A stretch of 64,000 nucleotides of DNA from Lama glama. Lineage: Eukaryota. Both the position numbers and the translations under genes were made by a program. Of the stretch, positions 63,011 to 64,000 are shown in pieces (positions within the stretch are counted from its first letter, which is position 1; the number at the start of each line of letters is the position of its first letter). The stretch is taken from NCBI GenBank assembly GCA_028534125.1, contig CM052817.1, positions 38,194,001-38,258,000 of the forward strand, in the 5' to 3' direction. The notes beneath the pieces are model-generated. The model saw only the letters and a list, made by a program, of their open reading frames with translations, had not been told where the DNA came from and searched no databases.

Positions 63011-64000
63011 CATGGTGAATACGGAGGAAGCTCACCACAGCTGGACGTGGGTGTTAGGTGCCAAACTCAGCTAAGGGACACCAAGAGGAAAAGCAGAAGA
63101 ATGTTGGGTAATTTTGCCCAATTTGCTATTTTGCTATGATTTGGCTGTATGTGACTATATCTCTAATTCAGCAGAGATTATGCAAAGTACACGTCATAAA
63201 ATGTTAATTATAATAACTAAATCCAGTTTCACACTTGTTTCTTACTCTGCTCAGCGAATCTTGGGAACTTGGACCTAAATAGATTGCCCATCTCCCCCCA
63301 CCCCACCCCCACTTCCATTACTAGAGAAATGGCCTTTGAATGTAACTTTTTAGCTCTAATCCTGCTATCAGGCAAGTTCGTCCCAATTCCTCAATTTCAG
63401 TTAGTCTTTTCTCTCACCTTTATACTTTCAACCAGATTGCTTGACTTACCAGATTTTTATGTATGTCTCTCTCTTCCACTGAGTTAAAAATATTTACATG
63501 GCAAGTTCAATGTATTTTACATAAACATTGCATGCTACATAAATCTGAATACAAAGCTTTACTAATGATACATTTTTTTACAAATACTGGTTGAATAAAA
63601 ATCCAGTCACAACTATAGCAAACAACCTCATTTCCCCAACAAGACTCTACACTGTATTGCAATATGTCCAGTCACTGTCTACTTGTTCCCATATATTTTT
63701 GCAGCAACTAACTAGTGTACATAGAAGAAAAATAAATCAGAGATTACAAAAAATGCATGATATTTAAAAATTATCAACTAGTTAAATAGTGGCATTTGCA
63801 CCTAATTTATAAAGTGGTCAATGAATTTATAGTCATTTAATCCTAAAATGAAATTGTTCTAATTTTTCTTTGAAAAATGACTTGTGAAGCAAAGAGAAAT
63901 AAAGATTTTAGCTCACAGTTGAACTAGGATAAGAAATAATAGTACAGACTTCTTTCAAATTCATATTACCAAAAAGAATGGAAAACTGAACACAGGGTAG

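Overview
Mammalian, AT-rich, CpG-depleted genomic DNA. It is most likely camelid, because it carries a tRNA-Ala-derived SINE of the Vic-1 type and lineage-specific L1 3' ends, and I saw no Alu, BovB/Bov-tA or PRE-1. The window is three contigs joined by two gaps of exactly 500 N. I recognise no protein-coding gene: it reads as intergenic DNA or the interior of a very large intron. It is dense in ancient repeats (MIR, L2, L1M, MLT1, MER3/5/20) with several younger truncated L1 insertions. Most ORFs in the track are chance frames, repeat-derived, or run through the N gaps. The best leads are: (1) an inverted L1 insertion joining the extreme 3' end directly to the ORF1 C-terminus (twin priming, possibly of an ORF2-less template); (2) a CpG-retaining ORF with CENP-B/Tigger-type helix-turn-helix spacing at ~24 kb; (3) a candidate minus-strand spliced small-ORF transcript at 11-13 kb; (4) several local duplications. 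Repeat subfamily names are from visual recall of consensus sequences and boundaries are approximate. I cannot support a claim of a new biological system.
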